NCBI GenBank assembly: GCA_004553715.1
Contig: SFKP01000010.1
Span: 25,256 to 89,255, forward strand
Direction: 5' to 3'
Length of the DNA stretch: 64,000 nt
DNA from: Clostridiales bacterium
GTDB lineage: Bacteria; Bacillota; Clostridia; TANB77; CAG-508
The notes under the pieces were generated by a model. It did not search any database, was not told where the DNA came from, and was given only the letters and a program-made list of their open reading frames with translations. Shown piece by piece: positions 10,633 to 21,440 of this stretch. The position numbers and the translations under genes were made by a program. Position 1 is the stretch's first letter, and every line of letters starts with the position of its first letter.

Positions 10633-10775
10633 GTTACAGTTCAGACTAATTAATATATAATCCGCTCCATCTTGCTATCGGTTGGACATTTTCTTTTCTT
10701 AGGCTAAAGCACGAAAAGGAAAGTGCAACCAACACGTGGAGCTACTAATTTGAAAATTTGGGTCTGAACATTAAC
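10633..10775 (+). mobile_element. MITE-like element, copy B (143 bp)
   Basis: Same family as copy A. Perfect 8-bp target-site duplication aaatttta at 10625-10632 and 10776-10783. The spoIIM stop codon lies inside the 3' inverted repeat. Confidence 0.85.
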
Positions 10776-11406
10776 AAATTTTAATAAGTTTTATTAACTG
10801 TCCTGATTGGTATATTTCTAAAAATGCGCTGAGAATAACTACCAAAAGCATCCCACTAGATATTAATGTATGTCTTATTCCTTCTAGTAAAATATTTTCT
10901 TTTCTTCTATCTTGGATAACTAATTTAAAAAACCTCATTCCACTAGTTGTAACTATGATTATCGCAGGTATAAATAATAAATTTTGTATAAATATTGAAG
11001 CAAAAATATATGATATTCCCTTCCATGTTCCTAATGTTAATGCTATTGCTGCTGCAGTGTATCCTAAACAAAATCCTTTGAATATTATTATTAAATAATT
11101 TATAATAATTCCAATCATGCTAAGTCCTAATAACCACATTAAAATTATTAATAAACTATTTTCGATAATTAAGTCTTTTAAGTATGTTGCTTCGTTTGTT
11201 TGTACACTTTTTAATTTCGTTAATAGATAATCTTTTAAATCTTGAGTTTGCATATCAGAAATATTATTTATAAATACTACTCCAAGAGCTACCGAAACCA
11301 AAAATATTATACAAGCAATCAAATATGAATTAAAATTATTTCTTACATGCAATATTATAATTTCTCTAATTTTAGATGGTCTTTTATATGGCTTTCTTCT
11401 TTTCAT
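10771..11406 (-). CDS. spoIIM: Stage II sporulation protein M
   Basis: 211-aa polytopic membrane protein of the SpoIIM family, located next to xerD. Confidence 0.7.
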   Translation of the reverse strand: MKRRKPYKRPSKIREIIILHVRNNFNSYLIACIIFLVSVALGVVFINNISDMQTQDLKDYLLTKLKSVQTNEATYLKDLIIENSLLIILMWLLGLSMIGIIINYLIIIFKGFCLGYTAAAIALTLGTWKGISYIFASIFIQNLLFIPAIIIVTTSGMRFFKLVIQDRRKENILLEGIRHTLISSGMLLVVILSAFLEIYQSGQLIKLIKIC

Positions 11407-11475
11407 ACATTTTAAGCTCCTTTAAATTTATACATAATGTGTATTCAATAATATGAAAAAAAGAACTATTTTTCT

Positions 11476-12670
11476 TTACATGGTTTCTACTTTTCCGTAT
11501 ACTCCGTCCTCCACCTTCTGCTACTTTTAGTTTACCTTCTCTTGCTAAAATGATATTATTAGCATTTTTTTTTCCAACAACAGCCTCTATATCATCAGCA
11601 GATAACTTATGTAAAACATTCATTTCTGTGCCAAAATTACATAGCAGTTTATCTATCGTTTTGCTACCTAATCCTGGTATAAATGTAAGAGGTATTTGAT
11701 ATATATATGGTGGTCTTGTTTTTGGACTTATAGATACTGCCTTATCTTTAATTACTTCAATTCTATCTAGCACACCCATTGTTATATTTTTACTATCACA
11801 TGTATCACACTTTGTAGCAGGCACTAACCCTGGTATATTTTTATTACAAATCTCGCAATAAGACCTATGATATTTACCAAGTTTTGGATCCAAACCATAA
11901 TTACAAGCAATTTTTCTTCCTTGCTCGCCTTTTATTGCCATTACCAATTCTTTAAAGCTTATATCATTTACCACAATTTTGTTATATTCTCTTGCAATTT
12001 TAGGAAGAGAATGTGCATCAGAATTTGTCAAAAATGACCTTGTTTCTAATTCTGATATTGTGTCTGCTAAATTAGTATCTGCACTTAGTCCTAGCTCTAT
12101 TGCAAAAATCTTGCTAAATTTCTCTTTAAAAATCTTTTCTAATCTATCCGTACAATTTCCATAAAAGCTTTTGTGTGGAGTAAAGCAATGTGCTGGTATC
12201 AAAATCCCATTATACTTTTCTACAATGTCTATTAATTGATACGCTGATATATCCGCTCTTTGCGAACTTAAAGTTATATTTTTTATATGTTTACTCATTT
12301 CTTTTGAAAATGATTTTATATCCTCTAGATGTGGGAAATAGCATAAATTATGGGCACTACCACAACCACCATTTACTCCAACCTCAGATGTTTCAATCTC
12401 ACTTCCTAATATTATACATACTTTATCTTTGTATATAATTCCTCCATCTTTTATCTCGTAAGCTTCACCTAATGACAAAAAATTTTCTATATCTTCTATT
12501 ACATAAGGAGAGGCTGAGTCTATTATTCCAACTATATTTATTCCTTTTTTTTCTACGCATTCTTTAGCTATGTTTTCGAAATTAAGTGATCTTGCTGCCG
12601 TTATTTTAATTGGTTTATTATTTTTACTTCTTCCTATATGTACATGTAAATCTGCAAATACTTCATACAT
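11476..12670 (-). CDS. EndoQ-like PHP-domain endonuclease (TIGR00375 family). The C-terminus probably needs a +1 shift at the in-frame CGG (complement of 11504-11506)
   Basis: FADLHVHIGRS PHP N-terminus, a CEICN...CDTCDS zinc finger and an HhH region. The unshifted ORF (11384..12670) reads 40 junk residues and runs over the spoIIM RBS and start. Skipping the C of gga gga C gga gta gives ...VAEGGGGVYGKVETM* with a stop at 11476-11478. Confidence 0.5.
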
Positions 12671-12682
12671 TTTAAGCTCCTC

Positions 12683-13121
12683 CTATCTTAGTTTGTCTAT
12701 TTCTCCTCTTGCTAATTCATCACATCTATTGTTAAATTCATTATCACTATGTCCTTTTACTTTTATAAACTCTACTTTATGCTTTTGAGTCAAACTATAT
12801 AATTCCTGCCATAACTCTTTATTTTTTACAGGTTCCTTATTTGATGTTTTCCAGTTATTTTTCATCCATGAATAAATCCAACCTTTATCAAAAGCATTAA
12901 CAACATAAGCACTATCACTATATACTTCTACATTACATGGCCTATTTAATGTTTTTAATCCTTGAATTACAGCTGTTATCTCCATAATATTATTTGTTGT
13001 TTGTTTTTCTCCACCACTTATTTCCTTTTTTATATCTTTATACATCAAAATTGCTCCCCAGCCACCGAGGTCCTGGGTTTCCTGAACAGGCTCCATCTGT
13101 ATATAAAATTATATTATCCAA
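12683..13121 (-). CDS. rnhA: Ribonuclease HI, with a CGG +1 recoding site (complement of 13065-13067)
   Basis: From the TTG at 13121 (RBS ggaggt) the frame reads LDNIILYTDGACSGNPGP, then cct C ggt ggc tgg. Skipping the C restores GGWGAILMYK...TTNNIMEITAV...KGHSDNEFNNRCDELARG, a full RNase HI. The ORF track shows only the downstream part. Confidence 0.75.
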
Positions 13122-13312
13122 AAATATACCTCCAAATAAAATTTTTCTTTCTTTTTGTTACTTTTTATGATATTATAACAGTAAATTACAGCGAAAATCA
13201 AGCTTAGAAAATAATTTTGTTACTAGATAGGTGTTGTCTTTAAATCCGCTATATCACCTAAGTCGCTAGTGTATCTAAAGGAAGTTTTAAATTTTAAAGG
13301 AGTTATAAATAT

Positions 13313-14539
13313 ATGAGTAAAATATTAGGAATAATATGTGAATATAATCCGTTGCATAACGGACATTTATACCATATTGAAGAATCTAAAAAAATAGTTA
13401 ATCCAGATTTTACCGTTTGCATAATGAGTGGTCAATTTACTCAAAGAGGTGATACAGCGTTATTTGATAAATGGGCTCGAGCCGAAATGGCACTTCGCTC
13501 AGGTGTAGACTTAGTAATAGAATTACCACTTATTTATAGCATTTCTAGCGCTGAAAATTTTTCAAGAGGAGCTATAAATATTTTAGATAGTCTTAAAGGT
13601 GATATAACTCTTTCTTTTGGTAGTGAATGTGGTGACTTAAAGACTCTTGAAAATATAAGCAATGTTTTAATAAAAGAACCTCCGGAATACACATCAATTT
13701 TAAAGCACGAATTATCAAAAGGAGTATCATTTCCTAAAGCTCGTGAAAATGCTGTACTTATGTATTTAAATGATATTAGAAGATATGCAAATATTTTATC
13801 TTCTCCAAATAATATTTTAGGTATTGAATACATAAAAGCTCTTAAAACTCTTAAATCGAAAATAAATTATATGACCATAAAAAGGTCTTTTGTAGAATAT
13901 AACAGTACAAAAACTTCTGAAAATTTTGCTAGTGCAACAGCAATTAGAGAACTAATAACAAGTAATAAAGACATTTCTAAATATGTACCAAAAATTTCTT
14001 ATAATGTTATTCAAAATAGATTAAAATATGGACAATTTGTACCTAGTATAAAATCATTTGAAAAAGAAATCCTATATAAATTAAGAACAATGGAGCTTTC
14101 AGATATTGTAAATATTGCTGATATTACTGAAGGTTTAGAATTTAAGATTCAAAAAGCAGCTCAGTCTTGTAATACATTAGATGAACTTACAGAGATGATT
14201 AAATCAAAAAGATATACTCAAACTAGAATTAATAGAATCTTGCTTTACTTACTATTTTCTATAACAAAACAAGATATGGAAAATAGCAGAAAGTACTTAC
14301 CATATCTGAGAATTTTAGGAACTACTGAAAATGGGAAAAAGCTTTTAGCAGATGTTGCAAAATCAAAAAAAGCTCCTCCTTTAGTCATTTCAGTAAAAAA
14401 ATTTATGGAAGAAAATAAAAATAAATTTTATCAAGAATTATTAAAAAAAGACATTCTAGCAACAAATATATACACATTAGCTTACGAAAAAAACTCTAAA
14501 GCAAATTTAGATTATACAAAAAAATTAATAACCATCTAG
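13313..14539 (+). CDS. tmcAL: tRNA(Met) cytidine acetate ligase (YlbM/UPF0348)
   Basis: 408 aa; MSKILGIICEYNPLHNGHLYHIEESKK HIGH-like nucleotidyltransferase N-terminus. Confidence 0.75.
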   Translation: MSKILGIICEYNPLHNGHLYHIEESKKIVNPDFTVCIMSGQFTQRGDTALFDKWARAEMALRSGVDLVIELPLIYSISSAENFSRGAINILDSLKGDITLSFGSECGDLKTLENISNVLIKEPPEYTSILKHELSKGVSFPKARENAVLMYLNDIRRYANILSSPNNILGIEYIKALKTLKSKINYMTIKRSFVEYNSTKTSENFASATAIRELITSNKDISKYVPKISYNVIQNRLKYGQFVPSIKSFEKEILYKLRTMELSDIVNIADITEGLEFKIQKAAQSCNTLDELTEMIKSKRYTQTRINRILLYLLFSITKQDMENSRKYLPYLRILGTTENGKKLLADVAKSKKAPPLVISVKKFMEENKNKFYQELLKKDILATNIYTLAYEKNSKANLDYTKKLITI

Positions 14540-14554
14540 ATTTTTAAAGGTATC

Positions 14555-14620
14555 AATGGGGACTTAAGATTTTTGACAGTCTTTTTGCAAAAAGGCTGTC
14601 AAAAATCTTAAGTCCCCATT
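14555..14620. terminator. Bidirectional rho-independent terminator (perfect ~30-bp palindrome) between convergent tmcAL and ytfJ
   Basis: aatggggacttaagatttttgacagcc-ttttt-gcaaaaaggctgtcaaaaatcttaagtccccatt. Confidence 0.75.
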
Positions 14621-14627
14621 GATGTAT

Positions 14628-15239
14628 TTATAAGTCTTCTCCATCTGTTTCATCTATCATTTCTTCCATTTCATATTCTTTAGGAAGTTTTGGCTTTTTC
14701 TTTTTGATTTCTTTTTCTACTTTTCTTTCTACTTCTTTTTCAATCTCGCTTTCTACTTCATTTTTTAGAGTTTCTTTCTCTTTTTTATTTGCTTCCATTT
14801 TTGTTTTTACTTCTTCTACACACTTATTCATCATATTTTCCATTTTTTGAAATAAATCTGGGACATAGTCTAAAATTTTATCTATTGCACAACTATGTTC
14901 TACAGGTATAAATCTTGTTATACTATTTGCTTTGTTTTCAACTATTAAAAAACCAACGGGTGCAATTTTTACACCTGCTCCAGCTCCTCCTCCAAATGGA
15001 TTTTTTGCTTTTAATTTTTCATTTTTTTCTTCTTTTTCATATTCATCTACAACCTCATCTCTAAAATCGCTTCCTCCTGCTGCAAATCCAAAACATACTT
15101 TAGAAATAGGAATAATTGTTGTGCCATCTAAACTTTCTATTGGCTCTCCTATTATAGTATCTACATCAATCATATCTTGAATATTATACATTGCAGTTTG
15201 CATTAAACTTTCTATTGGATGTTTTTCCAAAATTATCAC
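14628..15239 (-). CDS. Sporulation protein YtfJ/GerW family
   Basis: HPIESLMQTAMYNIQDMIDVDTIIGEPIESLDGTTIIPISKVCFGFAAGGSDF, followed by a KE-rich C-terminal extension. Confidence 0.7.
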   Translation of the reverse strand: MIILEKHPIESLMQTAMYNIQDMIDVDTIIGEPIESLDGTTIIPISKVCFGFAAGGSDFRDEVVDEYEKEEKNEKLKAKNPFGGGAGAGVKIAPVGFLIVENKANSITRFIPVEHSCAIDKILDYVPDLFQKMENMMNKCVEEVKTKMEANKKEKETLKNEVESEIEKEVERKVEKEIKKKKPKLPKEYEMEEMIDETDGEDL

Positions 15240-15807
15240 TCTCTTTTCTTTTATTTGCTATTTTTAACATAAACAGTATATAAATAATATGTACTAAATT
15301 TACACTAATTATACCTTTAAATATTAAATGATATACATTTTCGGAAATATAAATGGGGGTAAATTTATAATATATATTTCTCTTTTCTTGTTTTGCAAGT
15401 AAAAATCCCATAAGTATTGAAATCGCTGTAATTATAATAGTTGTTAATATGACATCTTTTGTTCCTAATTGCAAATCAAAATATAATTTTTCTATTTTAA
15501 ATTTTTTTAAATGCTTTTTTACTTTATCTATATTTTTACTGTTTCTTAAGTTCTCCTTTATTTTAGCCATTTTCATATTTTTTTTGGCACTTGCCTTTAA
15601 AGCATAAATAAGTTTTTCTGCTCTTTTGTTATTTAGAGTTATTTTTAATATTGGAAAAATGCTAAGCACCTTTAGAGTTACTACAACATTAATACTTTTT
15701 GGCTTTTCTTTACTTATATTTTCTAAATATAATTCTTTAAAATTAATTTGTACTTTTGATGTTATTATTAAAACAAGTATTAACAAAATTATTAAAAAAA
15801 CTATCAT
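15184..15807 (-). CDS. DUF2953/YtfI-like membrane protein
   Basis: N-terminal TM helix; sits directly upstream of the ytfJ homologue, as in the B. subtilis ytfIJ operon. The true start is probably downstream of the ORF start that overlaps ytfJ. Confidence 0.45.
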   Translation of the reverse strand: MIVFLIILLILVLIITSKVQINFKELYLENISKEKPKSINVVVTLKVLSIFPILKITLNNKRAEKLIYALKASAKKNMKMAKIKENLRNSKNIDKVKKHLKKFKIEKLYFDLQLGTKDVILTTIIITAISILMGFLLAKQEKRNIYYKFTPIYISENVYHLIFKGIISVNLVHIIYILFMLKIANKRKESDNFGKTSNRKFNANCNV

Positions 15808-15852
15808 TACAAAGTTAACCTCCGTAATAATAGTTTTCCCCTATTTTTTATT

Positions 15853-16611
15853 CTAAAACTTATTTACTTTATTTTTTTCTAGAATTATATCTCCAAAAAT
15901 CTCTTCTTGCTGTGTATTTATTTTTCTACGCCTTGAAAGTTCTAGTACACCTGTAAAAGCAGTAACAGTTTCTAATTTATTGTATTTATTTTTTGTACAC
16001 ATCTTATTAAAAACTACTTTCGGCTTTTTTAATAATTCTCTAAAAATGTCTTTGACTTTACTTGCAACTGTAACAGTTTCACCTATCGCTATTTTTTCTA
16101 TTCTTGCAGCTTCTTTATTCATTTTTTTATCACGTTTTTCTAGAATTTGTTTATAAATATCTGCAAGTGTAATTACTTCAAATTGTTCTTCTATCTTCCT
16201 TTTTGGTAATTCTACTTTATCCGGTAATTTATAAAATCTTTTAGAATTTATTAAATATTGTTCTCTTAACTCTTTACAAATTTCTTTATACTTTTTATAT
16301 TCAATTATTCTGTTTAAAAGCTCTTCTTCTGTAAGTTCTCCTTCATCTTCTACTACTTTTGGTAAAAGGCTTTTTGACTTTATATATAATAGTGTTGATG
16401 CCATAACTAAAAACTCACTTGTTATGTCTAAATTTAGCTCCTGCATAGCATTTATGTATTCTATATATTGATCTGTAATTGCAGATAGACTAATTTTATT
16501 TATATCCATTTTATTTTTATCAACTAAATGGCATAGTAAATCAAGTGGTCCTTCGAAGTTATCTAATTTTAGTAAATATTTTTTTGTTTGCAATTCAAGT
16601 ATATTATTCAT
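15853..16611 (-). CDS. scpA: Segregation and condensation protein A
   Basis: 252 aa; LDNFEGPLDLLCHLVDKNKMDINKISLSAITDQYIEYI. Confidence 0.8.
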   Translation of the reverse strand: MNNILELQTKKYLLKLDNFEGPLDLLCHLVDKNKMDINKISLSAITDQYIEYINAMQELNLDITSEFLVMASTLLYIKSKSLLPKVVEDEGELTEEELLNRIIEYKKYKEICKELREQYLINSKRFYKLPDKVELPKRKIEEQFEVITLADIYKQILEKRDKKMNKEAARIEKIAIGETVTVASKVKDIFRELLKKPKVVFNKMCTKNKYNKLETVTAFTGVLELSRRRKINTQQEEIFGDIILEKNKVNKF

Positions 16612-17044
16612 TTTGTAAGCTCCTTATTGTTTGCTCCATATATCCTTTTTTCTGCAAGTAATTATAAATTTCATCTGGCTCCATTATTGTTTCTTTTTTA
16701 TTGTATAATGTAGTTGCCGATTGTAATTCGTAATCTTCTAACTCTTCTTTATGTAAATATATGTAATCTTCTATTTGTGATTTTGATAAACCTTTTGATA
16801 ATAGCTTATATTTAAGCTCTTTTATAGATAAGTTTTTTAATTTCTTAAATTCTAAAATAGCCTTTTCTATATATCTATTATCATTTATATAGTCATTTTC
16901 TTTTAAATATTCTATAACATTTTCTAGATTATTTCCAGCATTTTCTGAAAATTTCTGTCTAATCTCTTGTTCTGTTCTCTTTTTATATAGTATATATTTC
17001 AAAACTTTTGTTTTAAGTTTATCAAATTCTTCTATATCTTGCAT
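16604..17044 (-). CDS. recX: RecA regulator RecX
   Basis: 146-aa helical-repeat protein immediately downstream of recA. Confidence 0.75.
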   Translation of the reverse strand: MQDIEEFDKLKTKVLKYILYKKRTEQEIRQKFSENAGNNLENVIEYLKENDYINDNRYIEKAILEFKKLKNLSIKELKYKLLSKGLSKSQIEDYIYLHKEELEDYELQSATTLYNKKETIMEPDEIYNYLQKKGYMEQTIRSLQNE

Positions 17045-17048
17045 TGTA

Positions 17049-18113
17049 TTATTCTTCCTCTTCTAATGATTCTTCTGCCTCTAACACTTCTTCGCTATCT
17101 CCAAGGCTTTTTTCGAATGCAGTTGTAAAATTGTCTCTGATTTTTCCTTCTATTTCATTCATTATTTTTGGATTATCCATCAAATATTGTTTTGCATTTT
17201 CTCTACCTTGTCCTATTTTTTCTCCATTATAGCTAAACCAAGCTCCTGCCTTTTCAATTATATTTAAGTTAACTGCTAAGTCTAAAATATTTCCTTCTTT
17301 AGAAATTCCTTTTCCATAAATTATATCAAATTCTGCTTCTCTAAATGGAGGTGCTACTTTATTTTTTATAACTTTAACTCTTGCTCTATTTCCTATAACT
17401 TCTCCATCTTGTTTAATGTTTTCTATTTTTCTTATATCTAATCTAACTGATGCATAGAATTTTAATGCTCTTCCTCCTGGTGTTGTTTCTGGGTTTCCAA
17501 ACATTATTCCTACTTTTTCTCTTAATTGGTTTATAAATATAATAACTGTTTTTGATTTATTTATAACACCTGCTAATTTTCTTAAAGCTTGTGACATAAG
17601 TCTTGCTTGTAAACCAACATGTGCATCTCCCATATCTCCATCTATTTCTGCTTTTGGAACTAATGCTGCAACAGAGTCTACAACTATTACATCTATTGCT
17701 CCACTTCTAGTTAAAGCTTCTGCTATTTCTAATGCTTGCTCACCAGTATCAGGTTGTGAAACTATTAAATTGTCTATATCTACTCCTAAGTGTTTTGCAT
17801 AAACTGGGTCTAATGCGTGCTCTGCATCAATAAATGCTGCTTCTCCACCTAGTTTTTGTGCTTCTGCAATTGCATGTAATGCTAATGTTGTTTTACCAGA
17901 TGATTCTGGTCCAAATACTTCTATTATTCTTCCTCTAGGAATGCCCCCTATACCTAAAGCTATATCTAAGCTTAATGCTCCTGTAGGAATTGCCTCTATA
18001 TTCATATCTTGGTATTCTCCAAGTTTCATTACAGAACCTTTTCCGAATTGTTTTTCAATTTGTCCTAATGCTATTTCTAATGCTTTCTTTTTTTCTAAAT
18101 TTTCATTACTCAT
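17049..18113 (-). CDS. recA: Recombinase RecA
   Basis: 354 aa; [13 protein letters not shown] Walker A; canonical RecA throughout. Confidence 0.95.
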   Translation of the reverse strand: MSNENLEKKKALEIALGQIEKQFGKGSVMKLGEYQDMNIEAIPTGALSLDIALGIGGIPRGRIIEVFGPESSGKTTLALHAIAEAQKLGGEAAFIDAEHALDPVYAKHLGVDIDNLIVSQPDTGEQALEIAEALTRSGAIDVIVVDSVAALVPKAEIDGDMGDAHVGLQARLMSQALRKLAGVINKSKTVIIFINQLREKVGIMFGNPETTPGGRALKFYASVRLDIRKIENIKQDGEVIGNRARVKVIKNKVAPPFREAEFDIIYGKGISKEGNILDLAVNLNIIEKAGAWFSYNGEKIGQGRENAKQYLMDNPKIMNEIEGKIRDNFTTAFEKSLGDSEEVLEAEESLEEEE

Positions 18114-18146
18114 TTTTTTCCTCCTAAATTTTAATTACTTTTGTAA

Positions 18147-18174
18147 GTACGTTTGTTCTCTGAACGTCCGTTTG
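18147..18174. promoter_or_regulatory. Putative LexA (Cheo/DinR-type) operator pair upstream of recA
   Basis: GTACgtttGTTC (complement GAACaaacGTAC) and GAACgtccGTTT are near matches to GAAC-N4-GTTC. Confidence 0.4.
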
Positions 18175-18235
18175 TTTTATTATATACTTTTATTTTTATT
18201 TGTCAATACTTTTTTTTAATTTTTTTATTATTTTT

Positions 18236-18378
18236 GGTACAGTTCAGACTAATTAATATATAATCCGTTCCATCTTGCTGTCGGTTGGACATTTTCTTTT
18301 CTTAGGCTAAAGCACGAAAAGAAAAGTGCAACCGACACGTGGAGCTGCTAATTTGAAAATTTTGGTTTGAACATTAAC
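18236..18378 (+). mobile_element. MITE-like element, copy C
   Basis: Same family. Target-site duplication ttattttt on both sides. The stop codon of the RNHCP gene lies inside the 3' inverted repeat. Confidence 0.8.
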
Positions 18379-18688
18379 TTATTTTTTTTTTGCAAATCTC
18401 ATAGATTTTTTCCATATTATCATCTTTTGCTGCTTTGTTTTTTCTAATTGCTCCACACTTTTTACACTTAAATACTATAACATATCCTTTTTTAGGGCTT
18501 ATCTCAATATCAATTGGATCTAGCAATCCGTGGCACTCTTCTAATCTATCTCCTGGATTTTTATCTACATGTTTTGAACATAAACAAAAATTACAATGAT
18601 TTCTACAAGAATACCCTAATTTACTTACTTTTTTACCACAATTCTCGCAAATAAATTCTTCATCAATTTCTGTAAATATTGGCTCCAT
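18374..18688 (-). CDS. RNHCP-domain protein
   Basis: 104 aa; Cys-rich, with a CRNHCNFC motif. Confidence 0.55.
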   Translation of the reverse strand: MEPIFTEIDEEFICENCGKKVSKLGYSCRNHCNFCLCSKHVDKNPGDRLEECHGLLDPIDIEISPKKGYVIVFKCKKCGAIRKNKAAKDDNMEKIYEICKKKIS

Positions 18689-18706
18689 TTTATCTCCTTC
18701 CCTTTG

Positions 18707-20356
18707 TTAATTAAAAATACTTCCTCCTATGAATTCTCTTAAAATTGAATTGCTTGGTACATCCTCTGTTGCAATTGGTTCAAAATATGATAGCATTGAA
18801 TATAGTCTTTTTGCTTCTGAATAATATTCTGAGGTTGGATTTATTGCTTTTAATAACGGAACTACTTGATTCTTTAATACACATAACTCATATATTAAAG
18901 AAGAGTTAAACATTACATCTGCTTCTTCTTGGAATCTAAAAATATTGTTTGTTTCCCCTTTATTTACTGCTGGCCACATCTTTAATACATGTTCTGCAGT
19001 GTAACCTCTATATTTATAGTCTCTTGCTATTCTTCTTATCAATCTTGTATCTGTTGTAGAAATTCTGTTGTAATAGTCTATATTTAGCACAGTTAATGCA
19101 CTAACATAAATCTTAAATTTATTTTCTTTTGGCACTAAATATGTTAGCTCGTCATTTAAGCAATGAATTCCTTCCATAATTAATACTTCATCTTCGGCTA
19201 ATTTCATTTTTTTGCCATCATAAACTTTGGTTCCTTTGTAAAAATCAAATGTTGGTGCATCAATTTCTTCTCCTTTAAAAAGTTTCATTAAATTATTGTT
19301 TAACAAGGTTTTATCTATTGCATCTATACTTTCGTAATCATAATTACCGTATTTATCTTTTGGTGTATCTTTTCGTTCTATAAAATAATCATCTACAGAA
19401 ATTGTAATTGGCTTTATCCCATTTATTCTTAATTGTATAGAAAGTCTTTTAGCAAATGTTGTTTTCCCAGAAGAAGATGGTCCAGCAATTGCTATAAGTT
19501 TAATGTTTTTATTCTTAGCAATAATATCTGCAATAGATGCAATCTTTTTTTCATGTAATGCTTCGTCTAAAAGGATGTAATCCTTGATTTTTCCTGCCTT
19601 TATAATAGTATTTATTTTGTATAATGTATTTACATTCATAAATTTATGTAATGATTTGTATTCTTGTAGAGTATCAAATAACTTAGGAGTATCGACAAAA
19701 TCTATTAGTTCATTGGGATGCTCTTCATTTGGATATCTTATTAATATCCCATCTTGATATTTTGTAATACTATATTTTGTAATAAATCCTGTATTTATTG
19801 GTAAAACACCATAAAAATAATTGTAATAATCCTCGCAATAATATAATGTCACTTCTTTTTTCGTTTCTAAATCTAGCTGTAACTTCCCTTTAAGAGTGTT
19901 ATTTTTTTCATAAAATAATTTTGCTTCTTCCTTAGTCATTACTTTTCTTTCTATTGGCAAGTTTCTCTTTATTATTTCATCCACTTTATCTGTTACTTGT
20001 TTTATTACTTCATCTGTTATTTTTAAATTATCTGTTGTACAATACATAGAATGAAATAATTGGTAATCAATTGTAATTTTTATATCATCATATAATTCTT
20101 TAAAAGCTTTGCAAATTATATATATAAGCCCTCTTTTATATATTCTCATCCCATCTTTTGAAGTTAAATCTATCAATTCCAAATTTCCATCTTTATTAAT
20201 CTCAAAATTTAAACTTTTTATCTCATTATTAAATTTACAAGCAATTACTTTTTCTTCGCTTTTTTCTATTTCACTTTTTAGTATTTCTTTTACTGCTGTT
20301 CCTTTTTTTACATCTATTACTATATCTCTATATGTTATTTGCATTTTACCCTCCAA
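18707..20356 (-). CDS. TGS-domain protein fused to a uridine/nucleoside kinase-like P-loop domain
   Basis: 549 aa; IAIAGPSSSGKTTFAKRL Walker A in the C-terminal half; ThrRS/TGS-like N-terminus. Confidence 0.6.
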   Translation of the reverse strand: MEGKMQITYRDIVIDVKKGTAVKEILKSEIEKSEEKVIACKFNNEIKSLNFEINKDGNLELIDLTSKDGMRIYKRGLIYIICKAFKELYDDIKITIDYQLFHSMYCTTDNLKITDEVIKQVTDKVDEIIKRNLPIERKVMTKEEAKLFYEKNNTLKGKLQLDLETKKEVTLYYCEDYYNYFYGVLPINTGFITKYSITKYQDGILIRYPNEEHPNELIDFVDTPKLFDTLQEYKSLHKFMNVNTLYKINTIIKAGKIKDYILLDEALHEKKIASIADIIAKNKNIKLIAIAGPSSSGKTTFAKRLSIQLRINGIKPITISVDDYFIERKDTPKDKYGNYDYESIDAIDKTLLNNNLMKLFKGEEIDAPTFDFYKGTKVYDGKKMKLAEDEVLIMEGIHCLNDELTYLVPKENKFKIYVSALTVLNIDYYNRISTTDTRLIRRIARDYKYRGYTAEHVLKMWPAVNKGETNNIFRFQEEADVMFNSSLIYELCVLKNQVVPLLKAINPTSEYYSEAKRLYSMLSYFEPIATEDVPSNSILREFIGGSIFN

Positions 20357-21352
20357 TTACTTTTCATCTATCTTTAATATTGAGACTTTGTCTTCTACAT
20401 CTAAGTCTTTGTAGAATATAATGTTCTTTACTATACATATTGAAGTATTATTTTTTAATTCTAGTAGTAATCTTTCTTGCTCACCTTTTTTATATTTATA
20501 TTGATAAAGCGCATTATCTTCCGTATTTATGTAATATAAAGCTTTTGCAGTTATATTAATTTCCCCAATATCATTTGGCAAAGCTAAAATCTGTTTTCTC
20601 TTTGCACCATTTGTTTTCATATTAAATAATTTATATTCGTATTCCTGAATATCTTTGTTATATTTTTGCTCTATAAAATAAATTTTGTTTCCAATTATTT
20701 CAAAATCTGTAGACACATTCTCTGCAAGTTTTAAAAAGTTTTTGCCTTCCAAAGTTTTCCTTGCAAGAATATTCCTTTCTCCATTATGATAAATATAATA
20801 GATATAATCATCTTTAATTGTATAATTTAAAATATTTTCTTCTGTAATTTTTATTTTGTCTTTCTTGCTAGTTCTAATCTTATATAATTTGTCATTTTGG
20901 AAATAGAACACCCAATTATCTACAACTGTAATCATTTGAGGGTCTACATTTTTTATAAATGTTTCTTTCTTTTTGCCATTTTCCTCCATTTTTATAATGT
21001 TAAATTCTGAAGTCTTTTCATTTAATTCTACATAATATATATATCCTTTATATAGATTTAAAAAATAGGCTGTTCCATCTGTTATCTTCTTATCTTTCTT
21101 ATTTTTAAGTCTATAAATTCCTGCATTTTCTCCATATTTTATATAATATACTTTGTTTCCTTCTACTGTTGCAATCCCCCCATTGTATAAGTTTGAAACA
21201 GAATTTCCTATTTTATTTTTGTTTGAATTTAAGATTAGAATAAGTATAGATATAAAAATGATTATAGCAATCAAAGCAATGATTAAATATTTCTTATATT
21301 TTATCATATACTCTTTTAATTTTAATAATAACATTAAGCTTTTATTTTTCAT
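20357..21352 (-). CDS. Membrane-anchored DUF5050-like repeat protein
   Basis: N-terminal TM helix followed by repeated YYI/KIYF beta-propeller-like units. Confidence 0.45.
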   Translation of the reverse strand: MKNKSLMLLLKLKEYMIKYKKYLIIALIAIIIFISILILILNSNKNKIGNSVSNLYNGGIATVEGNKVYYIKYGENAGIYRLKNKKDKKITDGTAYFLNLYKGYIYYVELNEKTSEFNIIKMEENGKKKETFIKNVDPQMITVVDNWVFYFQNDKLYKIRTSKKDKIKITEENILNYTIKDDYIYYIYHNGERNILARKTLEGKNFLKLAENVSTDFEIIGNKIYFIEQKYNKDIQEYEYKLFNMKTNGAKRKQILALPNDIGEINITAKALYYINTEDNALYQYKYKKGEQERLLLELKNNTSICIVKNIIFYKDLDVEDKVSILKIDEK

Positions 21353-21440
21353 ATTTTAGCTCATCCTTTGCTTCTTTTTTTCTATTATACAATTTAACTT
21401 TTTTTTTTACAATATTTTTAAAGTTTTTTTATATTTTTCT

